Below, piece by piece: positions 49,709 to 59,658 of a stretch of DNA of 64,000 bases. Where the stretch lies: positions 4,625 to 68,624 of the forward strand of contig JACPNE010000004.1 in the NCBI GenBank assembly GCA_016185615.1, given 5' to 3'. Position 1 is the first letter of the stretch. Each line of letters starts with the position of its first letter. The notes beneath the pieces are model-generated. The model saw nothing but the letters and a program-made list of their open reading frames with translations, ran no database searches and was not told where the DNA came from. The stretch is from Candidatus Woesearchaeota archaeon (GTDB lineage Archaea; Nanobdellota; Nanobdellia; SCGC-AAA011-G17; JACPNG01). Both the position numbers and the translations under genes were made by a program.

Positions 49709-51717
49709 TTAATCAGTATTTTCCACCATTTCTTTGAATTATCTTCTAAGTTATATTCATTCATAACCAATTTTCTTGCATTTATTCCAAATTTGTTTCT
49801 TAAAATTTTATTATCAATCAAAATCTTTAATTTATTGTATAATTCTTGCTTATCTTTCTGTTTTATTAAAAATCCAACTTTATTTTTGTTTATTATTTCT
49901 TTTGGACCAACGCAATCAGTTGAAACTACCGCTAATCCTGACGCCATAGCTTCTATTAATGAAATTCCAAACCATTCCTCCCAAGTGTTCAAAGAATAAG
50001 AATTTAATATGAATATGTCGCTTTGACCATACAATTTTTTCAATTCTTTTTTTGATCCTATATATCCAAGATATTTTACAGGAAAGTATTTTTCTTTGGA
50101 TTTTATCAACTCTGCTAATGGGCCATCTCCAGCAAATAAAAATTCAACTTTATTTTTGTTAAATTTTGATGATACCTCTAATATATCCCTTATCCCTTTC
50201 TCCTCAACTAATCTGCCTGTGTACAATATCTTAATCTTCTTGTTATTTTTATTCTTTAAATTATATAAATTAATATCAACGGAATGTGGAATTTGTATAA
50301 CATTATACCCTTTCGATTTTAATGCATTGTAAGCTGTCTTGGAAACTGCAACTATTTTTGTTCTTTTTAGAAACTGATGCCATATCCATTTGTTGAATAA
50401 TGGTTTTGTTTCATATTTTTTTGTATTCCAATAGGGCCATGAAGTAAAATAAATTGTATTTTTTCCTAATAAATTAAGGAAAAACATATAGTATATCATA
50501 TTGGAATATGCAGGGAATGATAATATAATATTTTTTTTAAATAATAGTTTTACAGGAGCCAAGATTCCATCAACTATATTTTTAATAGAAGGTTCTCCTT
50601 CTATAACATTAGATTTTCCTGTAAATCTTTTTCTTATTATCCTAAATAGTTTAGAATGATTATTCAATTTTATTAGTGTGTTATATAAAAATCTGGAAGA
50701 TATTCTTTTTATTTCAATGTTTTTTGTTTTTTTAAGATGATAAATATTCCAGTAATAAAAATCCTTTAATCCTGTTGTGTATATAACTAAATTATATTTT
50801 CTTAATTTTCTGATAGAAAGCATATTTTTTATTATCTTGTGAATATGAAAAAGGTTCCATAACACTGCTTTTTTGAATAAATAGATTAAAACGATTCTTG
50901 ATCTATTGGTTAATCTTCTTGTATTGAAAAGAACATTAATCTTATTTCTTTTTATTTTTGTTCTTCCTTCAACAGAAGCAAAAGATAATAGATTAATATT
51001 AAATAAGGCCATTAATATATCCTTAATTATTAATTTAAATCTAGGAAAATCAAATAATTCTCTATTATTTTTATCTAAAAACAGATATTTAAAATAAGAA
51101 TAGATATGATTTTTAGTTGTTAAGTAATATCTCTTTTCCAAGTTTAAAGAAACTTTTGATTGTAATGCATGCATGGCAATTGCTTCTCTTACATATTTGC
51201 ATTTTAGATTATTTAGTTTGCATCTCAAGAAGAAGTCTGTATCCTCATCATAAATGAAGTAAAGCTCATCAAAAAATAAATTATTTTCAATTAAAGAATT
51301 TTTTCTAATCATGAAAACAGTTGATGCTTTCAGATATCTCTCTTCATTAGAGTTTGAAGGATACATTTTGGTATTATCCTCAAAGATTATCCTTGGAAAT
51401 AATATGTCATGATTATCATATTTTAAGAATTTCTTGAGTATATCTTTTGTCAAAAAAACATCACTATCAACAAAAAAGAGATATTCTCCATTCGCTTCTT
51501 TTATTCCTACATTTCTTGCATATGCTGGACCTTTATTTGATTTGTTTCTTATTATATTTACCTTAGGAAAATTCTTTTTTATTATTTCAATTGTCTTATC
51601 ATTAGAATTATCATCAATTACAATAATTTCTTTATCACATTTGATGGAATAAATGCTTCTAATGCACCTTTCTATTGTATCTTCCCTATTGTAAGTTGGC
51701 ACTATAAATGATATCAT
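49705..51717 (-). CDS. bifunctional glycosyltransferase (N-terminal GT2 + C-terminal GT4)
   Basis: The N-terminus has MISFIVPTYNRED...DDNSNDKT (GT2). The C-terminus has YTGRLVEEKGI...GISLIEAMASGLAVVSTD (GT4). Confidence 0.75.
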   Translation of the reverse strand: MISFIVPTYNREDTIERCIRSIYSIKCDKEIIVIDDNSNDKTIEIIKKNFPKVNIIRNKSNKGPAYARNVGIKEANGEYLFFVDSDVFLTKDILKKFLKYDNHDILFPRIIFEDNTKMYPSNSNEERYLKASTVFMIRKNSLIENNLFFDELYFIYDEDTDFFLRCKLNNLKCKYVREAIAMHALQSKVSLNLEKRYYLTTKNHIYSYFKYLFLDKNNRELFDFPRFKLIIKDILMALFNINLLSFASVEGRTKIKRNKINVLFNTRRLTNRSRIVLIYLFKKAVLWNLFHIHKIIKNMLSIRKLRKYNLVIYTTGLKDFYYWNIYHLKKTKNIEIKRISSRFLYNTLIKLNNHSKLFRIIRKRFTGKSNVIEGEPSIKNIVDGILAPVKLLFKKNIILSFPAYSNMIYYMFFLNLLGKNTIYFTSWPYWNTKKYETKPLFNKWIWHQFLKRTKIVAVSKTAYNALKSKGYNVIQIPHSVDINLYNLKNKNNKKIKILYTGRLVEEKGIRDILEVSSKFNKNKVEFLFAGDGPLAELIKSKEKYFPVKYLGYIGSKKELKKLYGQSDIFILNSYSLNTWEEWFGISLIEAMASGLAVVSTDCVGPKEIINKNKVGFLIKQKDKQELYNKLKILIDNKILRNKFGINARKLVMNEYNLEDNSKKWWKILIN

Positions 51718-51770
51718 TTCTATCTAAGTTTTTAATAAGAGAAAGCTTTAAATAACATACGAGTGGAGAA

Positions 51771-52886
51771 TCAGTCTAACATTCCAAGTTTATTTTTTAT
51801 AACTTGTTTGCCATAATGATATGGACTATGATACATTGTGGATTGTAAGAAACATCCATGTGTACAGAAGCATCCCTTTACTTTTTCTCTTAACTTATCC
51901 ATCTTCTCAGAGTTCCATGCCTTGGCAAAGTCATAATCATAATTTTTAATATTATCTCCTGTCTCTAATAATTCACATACCCCAATATTACCATCCGGAT
52001 AGACTACTCCAATTAAATTTCCAGCCTGGCATTCCATCAAAGGGGCTTGTTTTTTTAATATCTTAACAGCCATCTCCATTTTTGACAAGAATACTGTTCT
52101 ATGTAAATCAAGCCAATTCTTTCTTGTATGGGTAACATCATAATTATCCTTTAATTTCTCATAAACATACTCTAAATCATCAAAATCAGGCAATCCATAT
52201 TCTTCCTTTGTCTTTGGATTTACATCAGCTAATCTTGGTCTTACAGCAAAGTAATCTGAGCCTCTTATCAATTCAAATGCATGATCAACTCCAAGTTCAT
52301 TTACTAGATTCATTATCTGATCTAACTTAAAGTGATTTTTATTAGATAATACTGTAAGAGCATTTACACTAAAATTAGGATAATCATTCTTTAATTCTTT
52401 CAATAGTTTTATAGTTTCAATCGCTTTGTCAAAAGAACCATCCATTGCTCTTACTTTATCATGATCTTCTTTTACTCCATCTATTGATACTTGAATATGA
52501 ACATTTGATTTTACTTTTGAAAGAATATCAACTGCTCTATCTCTTATAAATTTTGGAGTGAATCCATTCGTTGTTAAATTAATATTTTTTGTTTTATTCT
52601 CTTTGCTATAAACTTCACATAAGTCAGCTATCTCCTTAAACAAGAATGTCTCTCCTCCTGTTAATAAAGCGCTTTCCAAGGGATGTTTTAATGATCTGAT
52701 CATCTTCGCTTGTTCCTCAAATCCCATATCTCCGGGCTTATTCAATTCTTTCCAGTAGAAACAATGATGGCATTTTAGATTACATCTCGTTGTAACAAAA
52801 TGTATCAAAATTAATGGAGTTTGTAGTCCTCTCTTTATCTGAACTGTATATTTTCCATAATCAATTAAATTTTTTGTGAAGCTCAT
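51771..52886 (-). CDS. radical SAM/SPASM domain protein (paralog of the C-terminal half of 37938-39968)
   Basis: Carries HFVTTRCNLKCHHCFYW and a C-terminal Cys cluster (GCFCTHGCF). Confidence 0.75.
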   Translation of the reverse strand: MSFTKNLIDYGKYTVQIKRGLQTPLILIHFVTTRCNLKCHHCFYWKELNKPGDMGFEEQAKMIRSLKHPLESALLTGGETFLFKEIADLCEVYSKENKTKNINLTTNGFTPKFIRDRAVDILSKVKSNVHIQVSIDGVKEDHDKVRAMDGSFDKAIETIKLLKELKNDYPNFSVNALTVLSNKNHFKLDQIMNLVNELGVDHAFELIRGSDYFAVRPRLADVNPKTKEEYGLPDFDDLEYVYEKLKDNYDVTHTRKNWLDLHRTVFLSKMEMAVKILKKQAPLMECQAGNLIGVVYPDGNIGVCELLETGDNIKNYDYDFAKAWNSEKMDKLREKVKGCFCTHGCFLQSTMYHSPYHYGKQVIKNKLGMLD

Positions 52887-52887
52887 T

Positions 52888-54456
52888 TTAGTAGTAAAAG
52901 TCAGCCATTGATCTGTTTTTAATTATATCTAGTGGCTGCATTATCATTTTTCTTCCTTTTCTTACATTATTTACAATATTATCTTTTATAATCCTAGTAA
53001 TTCCAGGAAAATTCTTGTATAAAAACTTATAAGGGGTTTTTAATGGAAATACTAAGAGATTAGATAACGGTAATAATGTTATTAATGATTTATGAATCTT
53101 TTCATTAAGGAATATTTTATCTATAATTTTACTATTACCAAATAATTGGTATAATCTCATGAATATCCTAAAGTATCTGTATGAAAATAAAACAGCTTGT
53201 TGATTTATTGAATCTTGTTTTATAATGTTTTCATCAAAATAAGTCCCGAATTTAGCTGAATCTTCTGTTATCCATCCCTCTTTTATGGCTGTGTTATATA
53301 ATTCTGTATTTGGATAAGGCTGCCATATACTCAAATGTACTGAAGTTGCTTTTATCTTAGCGCATAACTTTATTGTCTCAAGTATATTTGATAAAGTTTC
53401 ATAAGGAAATCCAATCATTACATAAGCTCTAGTTTTAATTCCATATTTATTACAAGCATCAAAAGCTTCCTGTATTTTTTCAGTTGGTGTTACCCTTTTC
53501 AATATTTTCTCTCTTAATTCTGAATTTCCAGACTCAACACCCATGCAAAGCTCGACAAAGTTTGCTTTCTTAAGATATTTTGCAGTCTCAAAATTTACTA
53601 AGTCAACCCTTGTATTAGCCATTAATGGCAGATTAATTTCCTTGCTGTATTTTTCTGAGAAATCCTTAAGCCATGTCTTGTTTAATCCAAATGTATCATC
53701 TAATAGTTCAACATGATCCATATAAGGATATTTTTTAACGCATTCTTTTAATTCATTTACAACATTGTCAACAGACCTCATCCTTACAAACTTTCCTTTT
53801 CCTTTGTATAACTCCTGAAATTGTGGTTCAGAACAATAAGTGCATGTAAAAGGACATCCCCTTGTTGTGATTACATTTAATTTTTTTATCTTGGCCTGGA
53901 CTAAATTATTAAAGTCAAATAAATCTCTATCCGGATAAGGAAGCTCATCTAGATTATCACTTAAATTTCTTACAGGATTTCTATATATTTTTCCATCTTT
54001 CTTTATCCATAATCCATCTATTTTTGTATAATCCTGTTTCTTGTCTATTTTATTGCATAATTCAACAAATGCCTCTTCTGATTCCCCTATTGAGATTACA
54101 TCTATGCCTTCTTTCTTCAAAACCCTCTCAGAATCTATAGTTGCATGTATCCCACCAAAAATTGTTATGGCTTTTGGGAATTCTTCTTTTACTAACGGAG
54201 CTATTTTTTCTATTTTATCGAACTGGTTAGAATAAGCAGTATAACAAATTAAATCTGGATTATAATCTTTAATGTTTTTTATTAATTCTTGAACATTAAT
54301 CTCACCAAGAATATGTAATAATTTGGTTTTATGCCCTTCCTTCTTTGCACAGGCTGAGAGCATAGCTAACCCTAAATGATAAGAGCCTTTATACTCTTCA
54401 TCTGTCATAATATCTGTTATATAGTTATAATCTGGAAAAACAAAAAGGATCCTCAT
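52888..54456 (-). CDS. B12-binding domain radical SAM protein (paralog E)
   Basis: B12-binding domain plus TTRGCPFTCTYCSE. The start was set to MRILFVFPD, preceded by GGTGTGGTGG. Confidence 0.8.
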   Translation of the reverse strand: MRILFVFPDYNYITDIMTDEEYKGSYHLGLAMLSACAKKEGHKTKLLHILGEINVQELIKNIKDYNPDLICYTAYSNQFDKIEKIAPLVKEEFPKAITIFGGIHATIDSERVLKKEGIDVISIGESEEAFVELCNKIDKKQDYTKIDGLWIKKDGKIYRNPVRNLSDNLDELPYPDRDLFDFNNLVQAKIKKLNVITTRGCPFTCTYCSEPQFQELYKGKGKFVRMRSVDNVVNELKECVKKYPYMDHVELLDDTFGLNKTWLKDFSEKYSKEINLPLMANTRVDLVNFETAKYLKKANFVELCMGVESGNSELREKILKRVTPTEKIQEAFDACNKYGIKTRAYVMIGFPYETLSNILETIKLCAKIKATSVHLSIWQPYPNTELYNTAIKEGWITEDSAKFGTYFDENIIKQDSINQQAVLFSYRYFRIFMRLYQLFGNSKIIDKIFLNEKIHKSLITLLPLSNLLVFPLKTPYKFLYKNFPGITRIIKDNIVNNVRKGRKMIMQPLDIIKNRSMADFYY

Positions 54457-54470
54457 CCTAACCACCACAC

Positions 54471-55541
54471 CTAAATTTTCAACTCCCTTATAGCATTAAT
54501 TACTCTTTCTTTGTTTATAAGTTTAACGTCGCCTTTATTCTCAATTAGTATACTTTTATTATCATTATATCCCCACACATGGCTTAAGCTTGTTCCAAAT
54601 AAGGCTATTAATCTTGTATTAACCGCTTTAGCCATATGCATGGGTCCAGAGTCCGGGCATATTATCAATTCAGCCCTTCTGATTAACTCAGCTAATTGCA
54701 TTAAGGATAATTTTCCTGATAAATTTATTGGCTTGTTTTTCATATTCTTCATAATTTCATCAGCCATCCACTTCTCATTGTCAGATCCTGTTAAAATGAT
54801 CGAATATTTCTTTGATAGAAAATTTCCAACTTCAGCAAATTTCTTATTATCCCATAATTTTAATGGACCCCCAGAACCTGGATGTAGTATTACAAATTTT
54901 TTTATTTTGTTTTTCTTTAACAAATTATCAACAAATAATTTTTCTTCATTTGAGATAAATAATTCTAATTTTTTATCTTTGGAGTTAATTCCAATAGTTC
55001 TTAACAAATTTAAATTTCTATCAATTATATGCAAAGAATCATCATAATTTCCAATATGTGTTAATAGAAAATCTCCTCCTTTAACATCATAAGCTAGTCT
55101 ATATCTAGATTTGGATAAATAAGCTATGAAAATATTTCTTAGCTCTCCTCTTAAATCAATAGCCAAGTCAAAATTATTTCTTCTTATCTTCTTAAAGAAT
55201 TTTATATGTTTCAATATGCTAAAAGTCTTTTTTCCTCTGTACCATAAAGGATCATAAACAATAACCTCATCAACATATGGGCAATTTTCTATTAATTCTT
55301 TTGTTAATGACCTTAACATTATTGAAATATGTGCTTTTGGATAAGCTCTTCTCAAAGCTCTTAAAGTTGGAATTGATGTTATAACATCCCCTATATGGTC
55401 TAATCTTATAACTAATATTTTATTTATGTTCTTTAATCCTTTATTTTTTTTATAATGAAAGAATATTTTTCCTATTAAGTCAACAAATGCTGTTGTATAG
55501 AGATTCCTTTTATAGTCTAATCTATACTTAGATAACATCAT
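54471..55541 (-). CDS. GT9 family glycosyltransferase (heptosyltransferase-like)
   Basis: Carries ILVIRLDHIGDVITSIPTLRALRRAYPKAHISIM and a C-terminal GT-B half. Confidence 0.75.
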   Translation of the reverse strand: MMLSKYRLDYKRNLYTTAFVDLIGKIFFHYKKNKGLKNINKILVIRLDHIGDVITSIPTLRALRRAYPKAHISIMLRSLTKELIENCPYVDEVIVYDPLWYRGKKTFSILKHIKFFKKIRRNNFDLAIDLRGELRNIFIAYLSKSRYRLAYDVKGGDFLLTHIGNYDDSLHIIDRNLNLLRTIGINSKDKKLELFISNEEKLFVDNLLKKNKIKKFVILHPGSGGPLKLWDNKKFAEVGNFLSKKYSIILTGSDNEKWMADEIMKNMKNKPINLSGKLSLMQLAELIRRAELIICPDSGPMHMAKAVNTRLIALFGTSLSHVWGYNDNKSILIENKGDVKLINKERVINAIRELKI

Positions 55542-55588
55542 AATTCTTTAATAATAAGTTTCTTAAACATTTCTACCTTCTATTTTCA

Positions 55589-56707
55589 ATGCTATTTTAC
55601 AGGGAATACCTTGAAGACATCTTAAGATTCTCTTCATGGTATGTGGATTACTATTCATTTTTAATTACATCAATCTTTAGAAGAAAAAAGATTGGAGATG
55701 TAAAAAGTATAATAATCATAGACTTAAAGTATATTGGAGACTTGATAATTGATACTCCGATGATAAGGGCATTAAAAGACAGATATCCAAATGCTAAAAT
55801 TTCTATTTTGGTTCCCCAGCCAATGAGGGAAGTCTTAATGGGAAATCCGGATATCTTCTCAATAATAACTGATGATAAAGAATCCCTTGAAAGATTATCA
55901 AGGGAAAAGTTTGATTTGGGAATATTATTATATCCTGGAGATAAAAAAATGAGCTCTTTCCTAAAAAATATAGCTTCTTACAGAATAGGAATAAGAAGAT
56001 CTGGAGCATTTGAGCCTAAAGGATATTATTTAAATAAAAAAACCAAGCCTTGTTTAATATGGAAACATAAGATAGACGATAACTTAGATGTGATAAAGAC
56101 AATTGGAATAAAAGCTAATGAAAAGAAAATTCAATTACATGCTACAAAAAGGATTGACTCTTTTTTTAGAGAAAATATGATTTCAGACAAAGATTTTATT
56201 ATAGTCATACATGCCTCTCCCCAGCACAAAAGCCATGAATGGTTCAAAGACAGATTTGCATTATTAGCTGATAAATTAATTGAGGATTATAAAGCAAATG
56301 TTATTTTTACAGGAGCTGAAAAAGATTCTGATTATAATGAAGAAATAATAAAAATGATGAATTATAAAGCGATGAATTACTCCGGACATTCAATACAGGA
56401 ATTTTTTGCTATGATAAAAAGAGCAAATCTTATTATAAGTGTCGATACAAGCGCCATGCATGTAGCAGCTGCTTTCAATAAGCCAGTCATAGCATTATTC
56501 GGAGCAGGCAATCCAAAAGTATGGCACCCTTATTGTGATAATTTCAAAGTTATTTATAAGGAAGATGTAGCACATACAAGGTGCTGGAAGCATGATTGCT
56601 ATCTTAAGGGAGAAAGATATATGGAATGCATGAAAAACATCCAAGTTCATGATATTTTAAAAGCTATTAATGAAATGGATATATTCCAGAATATAATAAC
56701 GGATTAG
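55589..56707 (+). CDS. GT9 family glycosyltransferase (heptosyltransferase-like), divergent from 54471-55541
   Basis: Carries IIIDLKYIGDLIIDTPMIRALKDRYPNAKISIL. Confidence 0.75.
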   Translation: MLFYREYLEDILRFSSWYVDYYSFLITSIFRRKKIGDVKSIIIIDLKYIGDLIIDTPMIRALKDRYPNAKISILVPQPMREVLMGNPDIFSIITDDKESLERLSREKFDLGILLYPGDKKMSSFLKNIASYRIGIRRSGAFEPKGYYLNKKTKPCLIWKHKIDDNLDVIKTIGIKANEKKIQLHATKRIDSFFRENMISDKDFIIVIHASPQHKSHEWFKDRFALLADKLIEDYKANVIFTGAEKDSDYNEEIIKMMNYKAMNYSGHSIQEFFAMIKRANLIISVDTSAMHVAAAFNKPVIALFGAGNPKVWHPYCDNFKVIYKEDVAHTRCWKHDCYLKGERYMECMKNIQVHDILKAINEMDIFQNIITD

Positions 56708-56751
56708 CAATTCTTAAAAAGCTAATTAAATAGGATTTTAGGTGTTTAAAG

Positions 56752-57726
56752 ATGAAATTACTGGTTACTGGGGGTCTTGGATTTATAGGAAGCAATTTTG
56801 TAAGATATATTCTTGATAAATATCCTAATTATGAGTTAATTAATCTAGATAAAGTAACTTATTGTGGAAGATACGAAAATCTAAAGGATATAGAAAATAA
56901 TCCTAATTATACCTTTGTAAAGGGAGATATAGGCAATCAAGAGTTAGTTGAGCATATTATAAATCATCATAAGCCAGATGTGGTTGTTAATATTGCTGCT
57001 GAATCCCATAATGATAATGCAATAAAAGATCCCCATATTTTTGTAAAAACTAATGTTTTGGGAACCCAAGTATTATTGCATGCTTGTTTAGATAAAGTAA
57101 AGAGATTTCATCATGTCTCAACCTGTGAAGTTTATGGAGATTTGGATTTAGATTCAGATGAAAAATTTACAGAGTCTACAAGATATGCCCCTAAGTCTCC
57201 TTATAATGCTTCCAAAGCTGGCTCTGATCATATTGTAATGGCTTATTACCACACATTTGGACTTCCTGTTACAATATCAAATGCTGGAAATAATTATGGC
57301 CCATATCAATATCCTGAAAAATTAATTCCATTGTTTGTTACAAATGCGATTGAGAATAAAAAGCTCCCATTATTCAAATCCAGTCAAAATAAAAGAGAAT
57401 GGATTCATGTATTAGATCATTGTAGAGCAATTGATGCAATAATCCATAAAGGAAAAGTTGGACAGTATTACAATGTTGGAACTGGAGTAGAAAAAAACAT
57501 TGAGGAGATAACTAAAATAATTTTAAATCATTTGCAAAAGCCCGAGTCATTAAAGGAGTATGTTCCAGACAGGAAAAGCCATGACAGAAGATATTTGTTG
57601 GATTCCTCAAAAATAATGAACGAGATTGGATGGGCTCCTGAAATTGATTTTGATCAAGGAATTAAAGAAACAATAGATTGGTATAAGGAGAACGAATGGT
57701 GGTGGAGGCCATTGAAAAATGCCTAA
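56752..57726 (+). CDS. rmlB: dTDP-glucose 4,6-dehydratase
   Basis: Carries MKLLVTGGLGFIGSNFVRY and YNASKAGSD (YxxxK). Confidence 0.85.
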   Translation: MKLLVTGGLGFIGSNFVRYILDKYPNYELINLDKVTYCGRYENLKDIENNPNYTFVKGDIGNQELVEHIINHHKPDVVVNIAAESHNDNAIKDPHIFVKTNVLGTQVLLHACLDKVKRFHHVSTCEVYGDLDLDSDEKFTESTRYAPKSPYNASKAGSDHIVMAYYHTFGLPVTISNAGNNYGPYQYPEKLIPLFVTNAIENKKLPLFKSSQNKREWIHVLDHCRAIDAIIHKGKVGQYYNVGTGVEKNIEEITKIILNHLQKPESLKEYVPDRKSHDRRYLLDSSKIMNEIGWAPEIDFDQGIKETIDWYKENEWWWRPLKNA

Positions 57727-59599
57727 ATTAGTTATTGGATTAAGAGCATATTTAGTAAGGGAAAAAGATAAAGAATTGGATTTACAGATAAAAGAAGCAA
57801 GAAAATATTTTCCGAATGCTGATATAGTTGTAACTGTGTGCGGAAATAAATATAATTCATTCACAAAAAGAAAAGCAAATAATATAATTTATTATAGTGA
57901 AAAGCCATTGGGATTAGGAAAGACTTGGGAGATAATTGTTGACTATGCAAAGAAGAAAAATGCAGATGAAGTAATTGTTGTTGATGGGGATGACCAGCAT
58001 TTCTTCAGTGAGATAAAAAAGATTTATGAACAATATAAATCACAATTAGTAATTCCGCAGAGAGAAAAGAGATTTATATTCTCTGGAGATTCAGAATTAC
58101 ATGGAATCACATTAGAAGATCTGGAAAATGCTTTTATAAGATATAAACATAAAACAAGGATAAATGACCTGCAATCTGGATTATTTATAATAAAAGATAA
58201 AAGAATAATTAATGGATTGGATTTCTCAAACAAAAATTCATTCATTGGGGACTTTCTATTCCTTGATCAAGTATTGGATAAAAAGATAGATATTGGACTT
58301 CCTGTAATAAGAATAAGACCGCAAACCTCAACTATATCAAGCAGGAGTTTGGTATTTTCTGGAATAAAAGCTTATGAAGATTATTTTGGAATTAAATTCA
58401 AAGAGATAATAAAAATATCAATGCGTGATCCTAATTTCTATCTCCCAAATGGCAAACTAAGTGTATTAACAAAGATAGAAGAATTGTATTTAGAGCATAT
58501 AAATTCTGAGAAAGTAAAAGATATGAAGGGATTAATTCTGGCTGGAGGTTATGGAACAAGATTAAGACCAATTACATATACTGTCCAGAAACAGCTAATT
58601 CCAATAGCCAATAAGCCAATAATCTATTACGTCATAGAAGATTTAGTCAATTCCGGAATAAATGATATTGGTATTGTTATAGGTCAAAATAAACATCAAT
58701 TCATAAAAATAGTTGGAGACGGTTCCAAATGGAATGCAAAGATAACTTATATTAACCAAGATAATCCAAAAGGATTAGCTCATGCTGTATTAATCTCAAA
58801 AGAATTCCTAGATGGAAAGGATTTTGTTATGTATTTAGGAGACAATCTTCTGAAAGAAAATATTCATGAATTTGTAAAGAAATTTAATAACTCAAATGTT
58901 GATGCCAGTATATTATTGACCCCTGTTTCTGATCCTGAAAAATTTGGAATAGCAAAGTTAGATAGTAATGGAAATGTAATCAAATTATTAGAAAAACCAA
59001 AAAACCCCCCAACTAACTTAGCTATAGTGGGAGTTTATACATTTAGAAATTCTATATTCAAAGCAATCTCTAGTATTAAACCATCTAAAAGAGGAGAACT
59101 AGAAATAACAGATGCCATGCAATGGTTATTGGATAATAAATATAAAATTTCGTCTACTCTAATAAAAGATTACTGGAAAGATACAGGAAATGCAGAAGCA
59201 TTATTAGATGCCAATAGAATGATTTTAGATAGCAGATTAAATGGCTATTCTAATCTAGGAAAAGTATCAGATGCATCAACAATAAAGGGAAGAGTAAAAA
59301 TAGGAAAGAATACAATAATTTATGACAACTCAATTATAAGTGGTCCAGTTGTCATCGGAGATAATTGCAAAATAGGTCCAAATGCTTATATTGGCCCATA
59401 CACATCAATAGGGGATGGTGTAATAGTAAAGGAGACTGAACTAGAAAATTCCATTGTATTGAATAACTCATATATAAATTCCGGAAAAAGAATTGTTGAT
59501 AGCATAATGGGAGAAAACAGTAAAGTTTCATCTGCAAAGAATAATCTTCCAGAAGGTCATAAGCTTATAATAAGCGATAATTCTGAGGTTGGGTTGTAA
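57719..59599 (+). CDS. glucose-1-phosphate thymidylyl/nucleotidyltransferase with left-handed beta-helix C-terminus, fused to an extra 260-aa N-terminal domain
   Basis: The central region has KGLILAGGYGTRLRPITYTVQKQLIPIANKP (RmlA-like). The C-terminus has hexapeptide repeats (IGDNCKIGPNAYIGPYTSIGDGVIV). The first 260 aa or so are unassigned and contain VIVVDGDDQH. Confidence 0.75.
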   Translation: MPKLVIGLRAYLVREKDKELDLQIKEARKYFPNADIVVTVCGNKYNSFTKRKANNIIYYSEKPLGLGKTWEIIVDYAKKKNADEVIVVDGDDQHFFSEIKKIYEQYKSQLVIPQREKRFIFSGDSELHGITLEDLENAFIRYKHKTRINDLQSGLFIIKDKRIINGLDFSNKNSFIGDFLFLDQVLDKKIDIGLPVIRIRPQTSTISSRSLVFSGIKAYEDYFGIKFKEIIKISMRDPNFYLPNGKLSVLTKIEELYLEHINSEKVKDMKGLILAGGYGTRLRPITYTVQKQLIPIANKPIIYYVIEDLVNSGINDIGIVIGQNKHQFIKIVGDGSKWNAKITYINQDNPKGLAHAVLISKEFLDGKDFVMYLGDNLLKENIHEFVKKFNNSNVDASILLTPVSDPEKFGIAKLDSNGNVIKLLEKPKNPPTNLAIVGVYTFRNSIFKAISSIKPSKRGELEITDAMQWLLDNKYKISSTLIKDYWKDTGNAEALLDANRMILDSRLNGYSNLGKVSDASTIKGRVKIGKNTIIYDNSIISGPVVIGDNCKIGPNAYIGPYTSIGDGVIVKETELENSIVLNNSYINSGKRIVDSIMGENSKVSSAKNNLPEGHKLIISDNSEVGL

Positions 59600-59658
59600 C
59601 TATAAAATAACAACATCAGAAAGGCTTATAAATTAAATATAATAAAATTAATAATAAA

